Part shown: piece after piece, positions 9,444-19,562 of the stretch
Layout of the letters: the number at the start of each line of letters is the position of its first letter
Numbering within the stretch: the stretch's first letter is position 1
From: an uncultured Akkermansia sp.
GTDB lineage: Bacteria; Verrucomicrobiota; Verrucomicrobiia; Verrucomicrobiales; Akkermansiaceae
DNA: 56,919 bases
NCBI GenBank assembly: GCA_964370355.1
Contig: CAYJJA010000003.1
Span: forward strand, 1-56,919
Direction of reading: 5' to 3'
The notes under the pieces: model-generated
What the model was told of the DNA's origin: nothing
Seen by the model: only the letters and a program-made list of their open reading frames with translations
Databases searched by the model: none
Program-made: the position numbers and the translations under genes

Positions 9444-11933
9444 TCAAGGGCGCGAGATGACGTACACCTTGCCCGCCTCGGCGGCAAAGCTGATCTGCGA
9501 TTCCTGCGGGCGTTGCATAGTGATGGCTGCCCCCTGAGAGTCGTGCACGGTCGCATGCTTGGCACCAGCGAATTGGAGGCGTAGCTCGCCCTGACGTGCG
9601 GGGGTGATCTGCGCCCTACGCAGCTCTCCCTTTTGCCACTCAAGGCTGATCTCTGCATCCCCTCGCACACGCAGCCCCTTCACATGCCCCGTAGCCCATG
9701 CCGTGGGCAGGGCGGGCAAGATGTCGATGACGCCACGGTGACTATGAACGAGCATCTCGTTGACCCCTGCGGTGTAGCCGAGATTCCCATCAATCTGGAA
9801 GGGCGGATGCGTATCCCAGAGATTGGGGAGGATGCCATGGGCAAAGAGTGCCTGTATCAGGCTATGCGCCTTATCACCCTCCTTGAGCCTCGCCCAAGTA
9901 TTGATCCTCTGCCCCATGCCCCAGCCCGTGCTCTTGTCCGTACGCGCGTGCATAGAGACGCGCGCCGCCGCAAATGCCTCGGGCGTATCCTCGCTGATCA
10001 GATCTCCGGGGAAGAGGCCCAGCAGATGCGAGAGGTGGCGATGGCCGAAGGCGTCTCCGAGGCTGCCGAGCTCTTTCTCCGTGTACCATTCTTTGATCTG
10101 ACCGCTCTCGCCTATTTCGATAGCGGGGCGCAGGCGCTTGACCATCCCGCGCCACCTTGACATTTGCTCCTCAGATTCTCCCAAGATATCCCCTGCGATG
10201 AGGCAGTCTTGAAAGAGCTGCCAAATGAGGCTCTGCTCGTAGGTATTGCCCGCGGTGCGCGGTCCGTGCTCGGGGGAGTAGGCGGGACAGCTCACCAAGC
10301 GCCCTTCTGCATCCTCGACTAGGTACTGCTCGTAGAATCGGGCGCACTCCTTCATGATGGGGTAGATGCGCTCACGCAGCATGCGCTCATCCTGTGTGTA
10401 CTCGTAATACTCCCAGACATTTTGAATGATCCAAGGCAGAGCCGCAGGCGACCAGCCCCAGTCAAAGCTCCACCCAGGGCAGGTCCAGCCAAAGGGCGTA
10501 TTCTGCGTATGCGCCATAAAGCCATTGGCCGGCTGCTGCTCGCTGGACTCTATCCCCGCGTACACCGCTGCCGTCACGCGCCCAGGCTCTCTTAGCGAGT
10601 CGATATAGTCGATCAAGGGCAGGGCGCACTCGGCGAGATTCGCCGAGTAGGCGGGCCAGTAATTCATCTGCAAGTTCACATTCATGTGATAATCAGAATG
10701 CCAAGCGGGTCGATTATTGCCCACCCAGATACCTTGGAGATTCGCAGGCAGGCTATCCCCACGTGACGAGGAGAGCAGGAGATAACGCCCAAACTGATAC
10801 AGCAGCACCTCCAGCTCCGCGCGTTGAGCAGGAGTGAGCTTCCCCCGCTGATAGCCGCGCAGCAGCTCATCTGTGGGCAGGGTAGGGGAGTGCTTTGCCA
10901 CCCCCTGACCTAGCTGCAAATTGATACGCCCCATGCGCGAGCTGACATCATCTGTATGCCGTTGACGCAGATCTGGGTAGGAGGACTCCCAGCCGCGCTG
11001 CGCCAGTCTCGTGAGCAGCTCCTCCTGCGACCAGCCCTTTCTATAATGGGGGTAGTCATTCGCATAATCCGTCCCCATAGACACCATGATACAGACCTCC
11101 TCTGCCTCGCGTATCTCCAGCCCCGACGCGCTAGGCTGGCAGCTCGCGCCCTCGCCCTGCACGCGCACACGCAACTGCGCGGCGAATTGCAGCCCATTGT
11201 CCTTGAGCGTCCCTGAGTAGGTCATGCTCCCCTCCGCCCTCTCCAGTCTCGTGTCGCGCTGCGCATCAGAGCCCCCGAGCACATCGCGCAGTGAGAGCGC
11301 GAGATTGAGGCGTTGCTCGCCACCCTCCGCCTTGAGATGGATCACGAAGAGCTGGTCGGGGTAGGAGCAAAAATACTCGCGAGAAAAGCGCGTGCCTCCC
11401 TGAAAGTAAGAGACCGAGGCTATGCCTTGGCTCAGGCTCAGGCTGCGCCTGTAGTCAGTGATGGGCAGCTGCTTGTCCTTCTTAAAATCGAGGTACAAAT
11501 CGGCGAATTGGAGGTAGGAGCCATAGCCCTCACTGCTGCCGGTCAATTGCTCGCACAGGGCACTCGCCTCGGTGAGCTTTCCTTGGGCGAAGAGGGCTTG
11601 AATGTCCTTGAGCGTCTGACCTTTTTTCCCCTTATTGACAAGATTCCCCCCCTGATAATGGGGGCGACGGGGACTAGGACCGCCACTCCACATGGATTTT
11701 TCATTGAGCGTGACGCGCTCCCTGTGGATGCGTCCAAAGACATTGGCGCCGAGAGAGCCGTTGCCAAGGGGCAGGGAGTAGCTCTCCCATTGGGCGTATT
11801 CGGCGGGATTTTCTCCATGATCCTCACCTGCTTTTGCCACCGTCTTGCAGGGGGACTTGTACCAGAGCTGGAGCTCAGAGGCGGGGAGGGGGAGAGTGAG
11901 AATCGCTATCAAACAAAGAACGAAGCGTAGCAT
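9444..11933 (-). CDS. GH95 alpha-L-fucosidase, secreted
   Basis: Signal peptide; LPLGNGSLGA, YQFGRYLLLSSSR, PANLQGIW, DYHMNVNLQMNYW, SPEHGP, HRHLSHL and PPFQIDGNLG motifs. Confidence 0.92.
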   Translation of the reverse strand: MLRFVLCLIAILTLPLPASELQLWYKSPCKTVAKAGEDHGENPAEYAQWESYSLPLGNGSLGANVFGRIHRERVTLNEKSMWSGGPSPRRPHYQGGNLVNKGKKGQTLKDIQALFAQGKLTEASALCEQLTGSSEGYGSYLQFADLYLDFKKDKQLPITDYRRSLSLSQGIASVSYFQGGTRFSREYFCSYPDQLFVIHLKAEGGEQRLNLALSLRDVLGGSDAQRDTRLERAEGSMTYSGTLKDNGLQFAAQLRVRVQGEGASCQPSASGLEIREAEEVCIMVSMGTDYANDYPHYRKGWSQEELLTRLAQRGWESSYPDLRQRHTDDVSSRMGRINLQLGQGVAKHSPTLPTDELLRGYQRGKLTPAQRAELEVLLYQFGRYLLLSSSRGDSLPANLQGIWVGNNRPAWHSDYHMNVNLQMNYWPAYSANLAECALPLIDYIDSLREPGRVTAAVYAGIESSEQQPANGFMAHTQNTPFGWTCPGWSFDWGWSPAALPWIIQNVWEYYEYTQDERMLRERIYPIMKECARFYEQYLVEDAEGRLVSCPAYSPEHGPRTAGNTYEQSLIWQLFQDCLIAGDILGESEEQMSRWRGMVKRLRPAIEIGESGQIKEWYTEKELGSLGDAFGHRHLSHLLGLFPGDLISEDTPEAFAAARVSMHARTDKSTGWGMGQRINTWARLKEGDKAHSLIQALFAHGILPNLWDTHPPFQIDGNLGYTAGVNEMLVHSHRGVIDILPALPTAWATGHVKGLRVRGDAEISLEWQKGELRRAQITPARQGELRLQFAGAKHATVHDSQGAAITMQRPQESQISFAAEAGKVYVISRP

Positions 11934-12034
11934 TCTTGGAGACTAGCACAATGATGCGATCAAGTCTAGGATAGAATGACCGCGGGGGCATCTCTCGTCA
12001 GCATCAGCTCATAAGAAATGCCCCCAAGGCGAGA

Positions 12035-12880
12035 TCAATGCTGGGGATTCACCTTCTCATTCCACTTCTCAAAAGCCAGAGAAATGGCAATACCGATGAT
12101 GAATACCACCACCGAGGCGACGATGTCCACCGTCGTGGGGGACTGGGCAAAGGCATTCTTCACCACCGAGAAGAGCGAGCCGATCACCATGCCCAGAATA
12201 GCGCAGTAGGTCGTCAGCGGTAGACGCCTCAGGCAAAAATCAATGATGCGAGAGCCTACGAGCAGCCCGAGACCGACACCGACACCGACGGGCATCAGCG
12301 TGAAGATATCAAGCGTCTTCACCGCATTCATGATCGTGTAGTACGCGCCAAAGAGCAGCAGCAGCATCGAGCCACTCACCCCCGGTAGCAGCATGCCCAC
12401 CGCGGCGATGAAGGAGGTCACGCACAAAAAGATGCAGGTCGAGGGGGTCAAGGCAAGGCTGGTCTCAGAGCCACTGCCCTCACCTGCAAAGGCGAGCAGA
12501 GCCATGAGGCCAATGAAGATCGCAAAGACGAGGTAGTGCAGCGGGCCTGTGCGCCCGTAGCTCCGAGTCTTCGTATAGAGCATGGGTACACTGCCGAGGA
12601 TGAGACCAGTGAAGAAAAAATTCGTCGCCATGGCATAATTCGTCGTGCAAAAGGTGATCAGCGTCCCGAGCAGATAAATCCCCAGCGCCGCTCCTATGCC
12701 AATAGCGGCGAGAAAGCGCAGATTCCCCTTCACATCGGAGAAAAAGCGGCTCATCCCGCCGATGAGCTTGTCATAAATGCCGAGAACGACAGCCATCGTT
12801 CCCCCACTCACACCCGGTATCGCATTGGCCACCCCAATGATACCGCCGAAAATTACGTGTCGTAAAAATTCCTTGATCAT
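12035..12880 (-). CDS. DUF368 membrane protein (family reported as undecaprenyl-phosphate translocase)
   Basis: GVANAIPGVSGGTMAVVLGIY and a second LPGVSGS repeat; start moved to MIKEFL at 12880. Confidence 0.88.
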   Translation of the reverse strand: MIKEFLRHVIFGGIIGVANAIPGVSGGTMAVVLGIYDKLIGGMSRFFSDVKGNLRFLAAIGIGAALGIYLLGTLITFCTTNYAMATNFFFTGLILGSVPMLYTKTRSYGRTGPLHYLVFAIFIGLMALLAFAGEGSGSETSLALTPSTCIFLCVTSFIAAVGMLLPGVSGSMLLLLFGAYYTIMNAVKTLDIFTLMPVGVGVGLGLLVGSRIIDFCLRRLPLTTYCAILGMVIGSLFSVVKNAFAQSPTTVDIVASVVVFIIGIAISLAFEKWNEKVNPQH

Positions 12881-12961
12881 GATAAGAAGGCGCATCCTAG
12901 CATAGCTGAGTCTCAAACACAATCCCATATTCCCCCATCCTTGAGACCTCCCTGTCATGAG

Positions 12962-12994
12962 AAAGAAAAAGGCTGATTGCCACGCAATCAGCCT
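12962..12994 (-). terminator. intrinsic terminator after the DJ-1 gene
   Basis: AGGCTGATTGC-GTG-GCAATCAGCCT followed by TTTTCTTT on the minus strand. Confidence 0.75.
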
Positions 12995-13018
12995 ACCTGT
13001 ATTAGGGATGAAAAAAGC

Positions 13019-13570
13019 TCAGCCTACGCACATCTCCGCACGCAGGGCATCCACGCGCCCCTTGTCGAGGAAGTACTCGCCCAGCGCAAAGCCAAACTCC
13101 AGAGCCGCGCCAGGACCGCGTCCCGTCACAATATGCCCATCACGGCAGCTAGCGGCATCACTGATCGAGCTCACTGAGAGCAGATCACTCGTGACCGCCT
13201 CGGCAGGGTAGCAGCACACCGTGCGCCCTTTGAGCACACCTGCCGCTTCCAGCGCGATGGGGGCAGCGCAGATCGCTGCGACGAGCTTCTTGTCTGCGTC
13301 CATCTTTTGCACCAGACTCAGCACGGCAGGCGTGTCGCGCAAGAGCCACGAGGCCTGCCCACCAGGCAGCACCACACCGTCATAGAGCGTGTGATCCACA
13401 TCGACAAGCAGCATATCCGCCTGCATGATCATCCCATGAGCCCCCTCTACTGCAAGAGCCTGCACGCCAGCGAGCACGACAGGAATCTCAAGGCGGCGCA
13501 GGATATCCACAGGCGCGCTCAGCTCAATCTCCTCAAAACCGGGAGCCATCAAAACAAGAATGGGTTTCAT
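13019..13570 (-). CDS. DJ-1/PfpI (YajL/ThiJ-type) protein
   Basis: GFEEIE, VVLPGG, AAICAAP (catalytic Cys) and TGRGPGAALEF motifs; start set at MKPILV, supported by the promoter position. Confidence 0.88.
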   Translation of the reverse strand: MKPILVLMAPGFEEIELSAPVDILRRLEIPVVLAGVQALAVEGAHGMIMQADMLLVDVDHTLYDGVVLPGGQASWLLRDTPAVLSLVQKMDADKKLVAAICAAPIALEAAGVLKGRTVCCYPAEAVTSDLLSVSSISDAASCRDGHIVTGRGPGAALEFGFALGEYFLDKGRVDALRAEMCVG

Positions 13571-13685
13571 CCCCTGCATCATAACGTAAGCATGCGAGGA
13601 GGTAAAGCCCAATTTATACAGCAAAAGTGACTCCCGCGCATAGTAGCCTTGACTCCTAGGGGGAGATCTTGCTAAACTCCCCTTT

Positions 13686-14837
13686 ATGAAACGCGTCCTC
13701 ATCATCGGATCAGGCCTCGCAGGCAGCACCGTCGCACGTGCCCTTGCCGACGCAGGCATCAGCTCACTCGTCATCGACAAGCGCGAGCACATCGCGGGCA
13801 TGTGCTACAGCTCTGTGGATGAGGAGACAGGCGTGGATGTGCATCGCTTTGGTCCTCATATCTTTCACACCAGCAATGAGCGCGTCTGGGACTTTGTCCA
13901 GCGCTTTGACCAGTGGGCACCCTTTGTCAACCGAGTGAAAGCCGTCAACGCCAAGGGTGTTTTCTCCATGCCTATCAATCTCCACACCATCAACCAGCTT
14001 TTCTCCCAAAAACTCACCCCCTCAGAAGCGCTCGCTTTCATCCAAAGCAAGCAGGATCAGAGCATCACTGAGCCCCAGAATGCCGAGGAGCAGCTGCTGC
14101 GCTTTGTCGGCTCAGAGATCTATGAGACCTTCTTCCGCGACTACACCATCAAGCAATGGGGACTGCACCCCCGCGAGCTCAGCGCGGAGATCATCAAGCG
14201 CATCCCTGTGCGCTTCAACTACGATGACAACTACTACTTTGACAAGTACCAAGGCTTCCCCATGAGCGGCTACACGCAGTGGATAGGACGCATGCTGGAT
14301 CATGAGCTCATCGAGGTGCAGCTCGGAGTCGCCTACACGCCTGAGATGAAGGATGAGTACGAGCACGTCTTCTACTCGGGGCCCTTGGATGAGTACTTCG
14401 ACTACAGCGCGGGCGAGCTCGGCTACCGCACGGTGGACTTTCGCTACGAGCGCGGCGAAGGGGATATCCAAGGCTGCGGCTGCATGAACTACACCGATAT
14501 GAGCCAGCCCTTCACCCGCGCCCACGAGCACAAGTACTTCTCCCCATGGAAGAGCCATGAGAAGAGCGTCATTCTCTACGAATACAGCCGCGAGGCGAGC
14601 CGCGAGGATGACCGCTTTTACCCCAAGCGCACCGAGGTCGATATGGAGTGTCTGAAGCGCTATGTCGAGATGGGCAATCAAGAGCAGGGTGTCTCCTTCA
14701 TCGGACGACTCGGCTGCTACCGCTACTTTGACATGCACCACGTCATCGAGGTCTCGCTCGACTACGCGGATGCCTACCTCGCCTACCAAGGAGGCCTCAC
14801 CCCCAGCCTCTCCCGCTGGGCCTATGATCCCATGTGA
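13686..14837 (+). CDS. glf: UDP-galactopyranose mutase
   Basis: GSGLAG FAD motif, GPHIFHT, RIPVRFNYDDNYY and GRLGCYRYFDM motifs. Confidence 0.93.
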   Translation: MKRVLIIGSGLAGSTVARALADAGISSLVIDKREHIAGMCYSSVDEETGVDVHRFGPHIFHTSNERVWDFVQRFDQWAPFVNRVKAVNAKGVFSMPINLHTINQLFSQKLTPSEALAFIQSKQDQSITEPQNAEEQLLRFVGSEIYETFFRDYTIKQWGLHPRELSAEIIKRIPVRFNYDDNYYFDKYQGFPMSGYTQWIGRMLDHELIEVQLGVAYTPEMKDEYEHVFYSGPLDEYFDYSAGELGYRTVDFRYERGEGDIQGCGCMNYTDMSQPFTRAHEHKYFSPWKSHEKSVILYEYSREASREDDRFYPKRTEVDMECLKRYVEMGNQEQGVSFIGRLGCYRYFDMHHVIEVSLDYADAYLAYQGGLTPSLSRWAYDPM

Positions 14838-14893
14838 GGCATGAATAAAATATCTGTTGACTGTAAAAATTAATCTGTTAGAATCTATCTAAT

Positions 14894-15829
14894 ATGCGAC
14901 ACTTACCACTATGTATTATTCTCTGGCTATCGATGATGCTACCGCAGACGCAAGCGAGTACCGTCATTTCGAACGACTTCTTCCAAGTGACGTTTATCGA
15001 AGGTGAGGACGAGGCGTCTCAATGGAAGGTTACCGATGACGAGCGAGTACAGATCAACCGCATCGTCCAGTCCACCATTGACCACTGGGAAGACCTGTTG
15101 ATGAATTACGCCCCGACATTCAACAAAGCAAATCCCATCACCGTATCGCTGACACTTGGCGATATCGATTCTACTGGCAACGCTAAAACACATTTTTCCT
15201 ATGTCGGTTATGGAGGTGCTTCTGTGGTGCCCAGCAATGGTAAATCCTATAATATGCTCACAGGGGCGATGGAGAAGCTCTGGCGTCCCACTTCAGCAAC
15301 GATGCCCGAGCGAACAGATATTGCTATAACAATCAGAAATCGAGATGGCTATTTCTACGGAGAGGAATCGAGCGGCTTTGACAACTATGATTTTCACAGC
15401 ATTTTTTTGCACGAGCTCACCCATGGCATGGGCTTCGCTAGCTTTAAATATCAAGTGGATTCGAGTAAAGACTTAACAATCGATTATTTTAATACAACGC
15501 CTTTTGATACCTTGATTGAGGAGAATGGGAATTTTGACCTAGGCGACAGCCTCGAGTTTGGCCAGACGGGCTATGGAGTCTACAATCCTTGGCCTGGCAA
15601 TCCTGGGAGTAATTTTTCACATTTTGATAGATATACTGCTAATGATAATTTGATGAAGCCTTATCTCGACGGTGGAGATGCCTATAGAACGCTGGGGGCA
15701 GCCGAGCTCGCCGTATTCGAGGCCATGGGCTATGATCTGGCAGATATAGTCCCAGAGCCTAGCAGTGCCGTGCTCGTGCTCCTCATCACTCCCGCCTGCC
15801 TGCTGCGCCGTCGTCGCGCGAAGGCATAA
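14894..15829 (+). CDS. PEP-CTERM-anchored zinc metalloprotease-like protein
   Basis: Signal peptide; HELTHGMGF; downstream SHFD...NLMKP; C-terminal VPEPSSAVLVLL...RRRR. Confidence 0.8.
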   Translation: MRHLPLCIILWLSMMLPQTQASTVISNDFFQVTFIEGEDEASQWKVTDDERVQINRIVQSTIDHWEDLLMNYAPTFNKANPITVSLTLGDIDSTGNAKTHFSYVGYGGASVVPSNGKSYNMLTGAMEKLWRPTSATMPERTDIAITIRNRDGYFYGEESSGFDNYDFHSIFLHELTHGMGFASFKYQVDSSKDLTIDYFNTTPFDTLIEENGNFDLGDSLEFGQTGYGVYNPWPGNPGSNFSHFDRYTANDNLMKPYLDGGDAYRTLGAAELAVFEAMGYDLADIVPEPSSAVLVLLITPACLLRRRRAKA

Positions 15830-15991
15830 TATCTGTTTTCTTTTGTTGGTTTGGGGCTGTCGGTTCATGATGAATCGACAGCCTTTTTGTATGACTAGTT
15901 GGTAGAGAGTTAGTTTGAATGATGGGTTGAAAATATTACAATGCAGGTAAAGCTTTTTTGCTTTGAATGCTAAAAAATAATCATACTGATC

Positions 15992-18118
15992 ATGAAAAAT
16001 AATCACCTACCCCACCGCAGGCTACGCACGATCTTGCTCCGCGGCTCGCTCGCGAGCTTGAGCATTCCCAGTGTAGCACTCGCCCAGACGAGCCTCACCG
16101 AGCAGGATTTAAAGGACTACACCGACCCAACGCCCCTCACGATTAGCGGGGGCACAGTCGTGAATACAGAGACCGAAAGCAGCGATGCTCTCAGAGACTA
16201 CAGTGGCACTCCAAGCCTTGATAGCGCCTTCATCGTCGCTGTGAAAACCGAGGGAGATATCAACATTGGCAGTCCCATTGACAACATCGCTCAATCAGAT
16301 GAAGGAAGCATCTCGATAACAAACACCAGCCTCACCGATGGCGGTGCTATAGGTCTCTGGAATGCTGGGGCGAGCATTGGCGCACTCGAAGGCAAATTCA
16401 TCGTGGACTCTGAGGCAGACAGCCGAGCCATCTTCATGAGCGGTGGGGCGATCAGCAGCATTAAAGGAGAGGTGACAGCGACTTCCGATGGCACGAGTGG
16501 TGCCATCATCGTCGAGGGGGGGAGGATCGAGTCCATTACTGGTGCAAAGATCACCGCGACCAGCAGAGGGGATTTCGCCTCGGCCGTGGGGCTAGAGTTC
16601 AGCACAGCGGGTGTCACGGATGCTACAGCAGGCGATATCAACGCCACCATCGTAGTCAACACCGTGGGCGGGCAGGGCTCCGTCATCGTCTCCTCTGCCC
16701 CGAGCAACCTCGGCAAGATCTCGGGCAGCTACACCATTGACGCCTCCGCAAACGTCAGCTTCCCTGTCTTCAGCATAGGCTACCTGCTGGGCGATCAGGC
16801 GAGCTCCACGACTACCTCACTCGCCTTTAAAAACACCTCGACTGCGGGAGGGAGCAGTGGGCGCAATGATTCCTTTGACTTTGATATAGACTGGGCCAAT
16901 ATTAAACTGACGGTGAAGCGCAACAACCAATTCGCCGCGGGAGTCACCCTCATTGGACAAGATGCCTCGGCGGAGACCAGCCCCACCTTCTACCTCGGAG
17001 CCGCCAGCGACATCACCGCTGAATCAGTGGCGAATGGTAATGTCGTGGGCATCTGGCTCAATGGCTCGACAGGCGGGAACATAGAGGGTGATGTGATCGC
17101 CACCGTCGGCACGGGCACGAGCTACGGCATCGCCACCGTGGGGACTGACACGGTGGGACCTCTCATCACCCAATCGAGAGCCAACTCGACGCTAGGCGAC
17201 ATCACAGGCACGATCACCAGCACCGTGAAGACATCAGGCACTGCCTATGGCCTGCTCATCGGTGACAGCGTGCAAGTCAACAACGATAGCGTAGCCACCG
17301 ACTTCACCACCACCATGGGCACGATCTCGGGCAGCATCACCGCGAGTGCAGAGAGTAGCGATGCTGGCAACGCTGTCGGGATCAAAGACATCAGCAGCAA
17401 TGCACTCAAGCTCGCAGGAGGCGCGACCATCACCGCGACCATCACCACGACCAGCACCACTGGTGACACTACTGTTGTCAGCACGGCGCATGGCACGGCC
17501 ATCCTCAACACCGTGGCGGGCATCAGCCTGAGCTCGGCGGATAGCAGTGTCGCCAATGCCGTGCAAATCAATGGGAATCTCAACGCGGGCGAGCAGAGCC
17601 TAGAATTCACCACGGGCTCTTATGAGATCTCCTCGTCAAGGTGGGATGCCACCGCGAGCATCTCAATGGGGGCAGAAGGCGCGACCCCTACCGCTGACTA
17701 CACAACAGCGAGCGTGACCACCAGCGACATCTTGACCGCGAGCACGGAGACGATGAACTTTTACGTGAACTCAGTGAGCGATGTATCGACCCTCATCGTA
17801 GGGGATGCACAGACCTTGAATCTAGAAGGACTCACAACGGTGAATATCTACCTGAAAGGCGAGCTCGCGGACTATGAGGGCAATCTGCCAGTCTACCTGC
17901 TTGATGCGCGCGAGGCCGAGAGCTTTAACTGGGATACAGGCGATGACATCGTCTATCAGCTCTATCTGAATAATGTTCTCCTTGAGCAGGATATCAACTT
18001 CTATGTACAGCATGATAGCACGGGCATCTCTATCATCCCCGAGCCTACGACCGCGACGATGAGCCTGATCGCACTGGCATCTCTGCTCCAGCGTCGCCGC
18101 CGCAGAGCACGACAGTGA
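15992..18118 (+). CDS. large Thr/Ser/Gly-rich PEP-CTERM surface protein (beta-helix-like repeats)
   Basis: Signal peptide; repeated G-I-S/T-G-x-I-T-A-T-x-G-x-A-x-G-I units; IPEPTTATMSLIALASLLQRRRRR tail. Confidence 0.85.
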   Translation: MKNNHLPHRRLRTILLRGSLASLSIPSVALAQTSLTEQDLKDYTDPTPLTISGGTVVNTETESSDALRDYSGTPSLDSAFIVAVKTEGDINIGSPIDNIAQSDEGSISITNTSLTDGGAIGLWNAGASIGALEGKFIVDSEADSRAIFMSGGAISSIKGEVTATSDGTSGAIIVEGGRIESITGAKITATSRGDFASAVGLEFSTAGVTDATAGDINATIVVNTVGGQGSVIVSSAPSNLGKISGSYTIDASANVSFPVFSIGYLLGDQASSTTTSLAFKNTSTAGGSSGRNDSFDFDIDWANIKLTVKRNNQFAAGVTLIGQDASAETSPTFYLGAASDITAESVANGNVVGIWLNGSTGGNIEGDVIATVGTGTSYGIATVGTDTVGPLITQSRANSTLGDITGTITSTVKTSGTAYGLLIGDSVQVNNDSVATDFTTTMGTISGSITASAESSDAGNAVGIKDISSNALKLAGGATITATITTTSTTGDTTVVSTAHGTAILNTVAGISLSSADSSVANAVQINGNLNAGEQSLEFTTGSYEISSSRWDATASISMGAEGATPTADYTTASVTTSDILTASTETMNFYVNSVSDVSTLIVGDAQTLNLEGLTTVNIYLKGELADYEGNLPVYLLDAREAESFNWDTGDDIVYQLYLNNVLLEQDINFYVQHDSTGISIIPEPTTATMSLIALASLLQRRRRRARQ

Positions 18119-18182
18119 GCAGTGAGAGCGTGCTGTGGCACAGGTGTAAAAAACTGACACCCCCATCACGCACCCGCAAGAA

Positions 18183-18221
18183 ACTCGGAGGAGCTAAGGC
18201 ATTCTCTTAGCTCCTCTGAGT
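18183..18221. terminator. hairpin between convergent genes
   Basis: ACTCGGAGGAGCTAAG / CTTAGCTCCTCTGAGT inverted repeat. Confidence 0.6.
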
Positions 18222-18244
18222 CAATGATGACTAGGGACAGCGTG

Positions 18245-19435
18245 CTAGCTTACCTTGATGGCAACCAGAGAGCCCTTATCGCTACGGCAATAGAGATAGC
18301 CATTGGCGAGGACAGGCATCTGCCAGTACTTCCCCTTGCCCTTGACATCGTGGGAGCTGATAATATCCTCTTTGCTCTTGTCGAAGTTGAGATAGTGTAG
18401 CCCCCCGCGCTCATCGAGATACACGAGCTTGTCCCCTGCAATCATGGGAGAGCCAAAACGCAGACTCCCTTTCCACAGCAGAGCCCCCGTCTTGGCATCC
18501 ACAGCCCGCAAGGCCTTGCGAGCATTCGTATTGCCATCAGAGCCATAAAGCACCCCATCATGGAGCACAGGAGTTGAGAATTGACTATTGAGATGCTTTA
18601 CCTCCCATACTTTGGTGAGCTGCTTGCCATCAAAGGCAAAAAGAATGGCTCGTCCCGTCTTATAGCCCGAGCACACGAGAAACTCACCCCTGTCCGCATC
18701 CACGACCACGGGGCTAGCACCAGTAATGTCATACATCTGGGGATAATCAGCCCTTGTAATGAGAGTGCCATCCTTGGGATTGACCACGTTAATAAATTTA
18801 CCACTCATAATCAGAGCATAATCTGTGCCCTTGTACTTCATTAGAGTGGGAGAGGAGTGTGTGGCAATACCCTTTGAGTGCCAGACAAGATCCCCTGTCT
18901 TCTTGTTCAAGGCCGCGCCCGCTTCGCCCAGACCGATGAGAGCCAAGTCCTGATAAATCACCACTGAGCTAGAGACATGCCACTCGGGGATATCGCCCGT
19001 ATCCGCTGTCATATCCTTGGACCAGAGTTTCTTGCCTGTTGCAAAATCTAGACAAATCACCTCGCCAAAGCGATTGCAAAACCAGACCAACTCGCCATCG
19101 GTGACAGGAGTACTCAGAGGTCCCGCATAGGCTTTCCCCTTATCTGCGGCCTGCGAATATTTCCAAATTTCCTTACCTGTTACGGGATCTAGGCAGTAAA
19201 TATAATCAACATTATCAATATTACCAGCAGTGAGTAGCTTGCCATCCTTGACAGTGACAGCACTGTAGCCAAGACCCAGCTCCTTGGTCCAAGCGACGTC
19301 ACCCGAGGGCTTAATCGTTTCTTGGCTGATACCATCAGCCTGAGGTCCACGCCAAGAAGGCCAGTCAGCGGCCTGTACCCCCACGGCGAGGCTGAGTCCA
19401 GCCGCACAACACAATAGTGATCTAGAAATGCACAT
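18245..19435 (-). CDS. PQQ-binding-like beta-propeller protein (BamB-like, PVC type)
   Basis: Signal peptide then ADWPSWRGP; repeated CLDxxTGKxxW blades; PVLANGYLYCR. Confidence 0.85.
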   Translation of the reverse strand: MCISRSLLCCAAGLSLAVGVQAADWPSWRGPQADGISQETIKPSGDVAWTKELGLGYSAVTVKDGKLLTAGNIDNVDYIYCLDPVTGKEIWKYSQAADKGKAYAGPLSTPVTDGELVWFCNRFGEVICLDFATGKKLWSKDMTADTGDIPEWHVSSSVVIYQDLALIGLGEAGAALNKKTGDLVWHSKGIATHSSPTLMKYKGTDYALIMSGKFINVVNPKDGTLITRADYPQMYDITGASPVVVDADRGEFLVCSGYKTGRAILFAFDGKQLTKVWEVKHLNSQFSTPVLHDGVLYGSDGNTNARKALRAVDAKTGALLWKGSLRFGSPMIAGDKLVYLDERGGLHYLNFDKSKEDIISSHDVKGKGKYWQMPVLANGYLYCRSDKGSLVAIKVS

Positions 19436-19562
19436 AACTTAATTATAACTAACAAAAGCAAAAATGCAATTTAAAAAAAACCCTGTTAGAAAGCACGGGG
19501 CTAGCATTTTTTTTTTGCATCCTCTTCGCATCTTCCCTATCCTACAGAAGGCAGCGCTTTCA

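Noticed and set aside
13571..13801. Extended N-termini in the ORF track (DJ-1; also DUF368, pstA, fcl, gmd, kbl)
   Set aside because: The extensions overlap promoters or neighbouring genes; downstream starts fit family N-termini and promoter positions better.
19473..19516. A and T homopolymer runs upstream of the beta-propeller gene as phase-variation tracts
   Set aside because: They lie upstream of the predicted -35 box rather than in the spacer; no evidence of length variation from one sequence.
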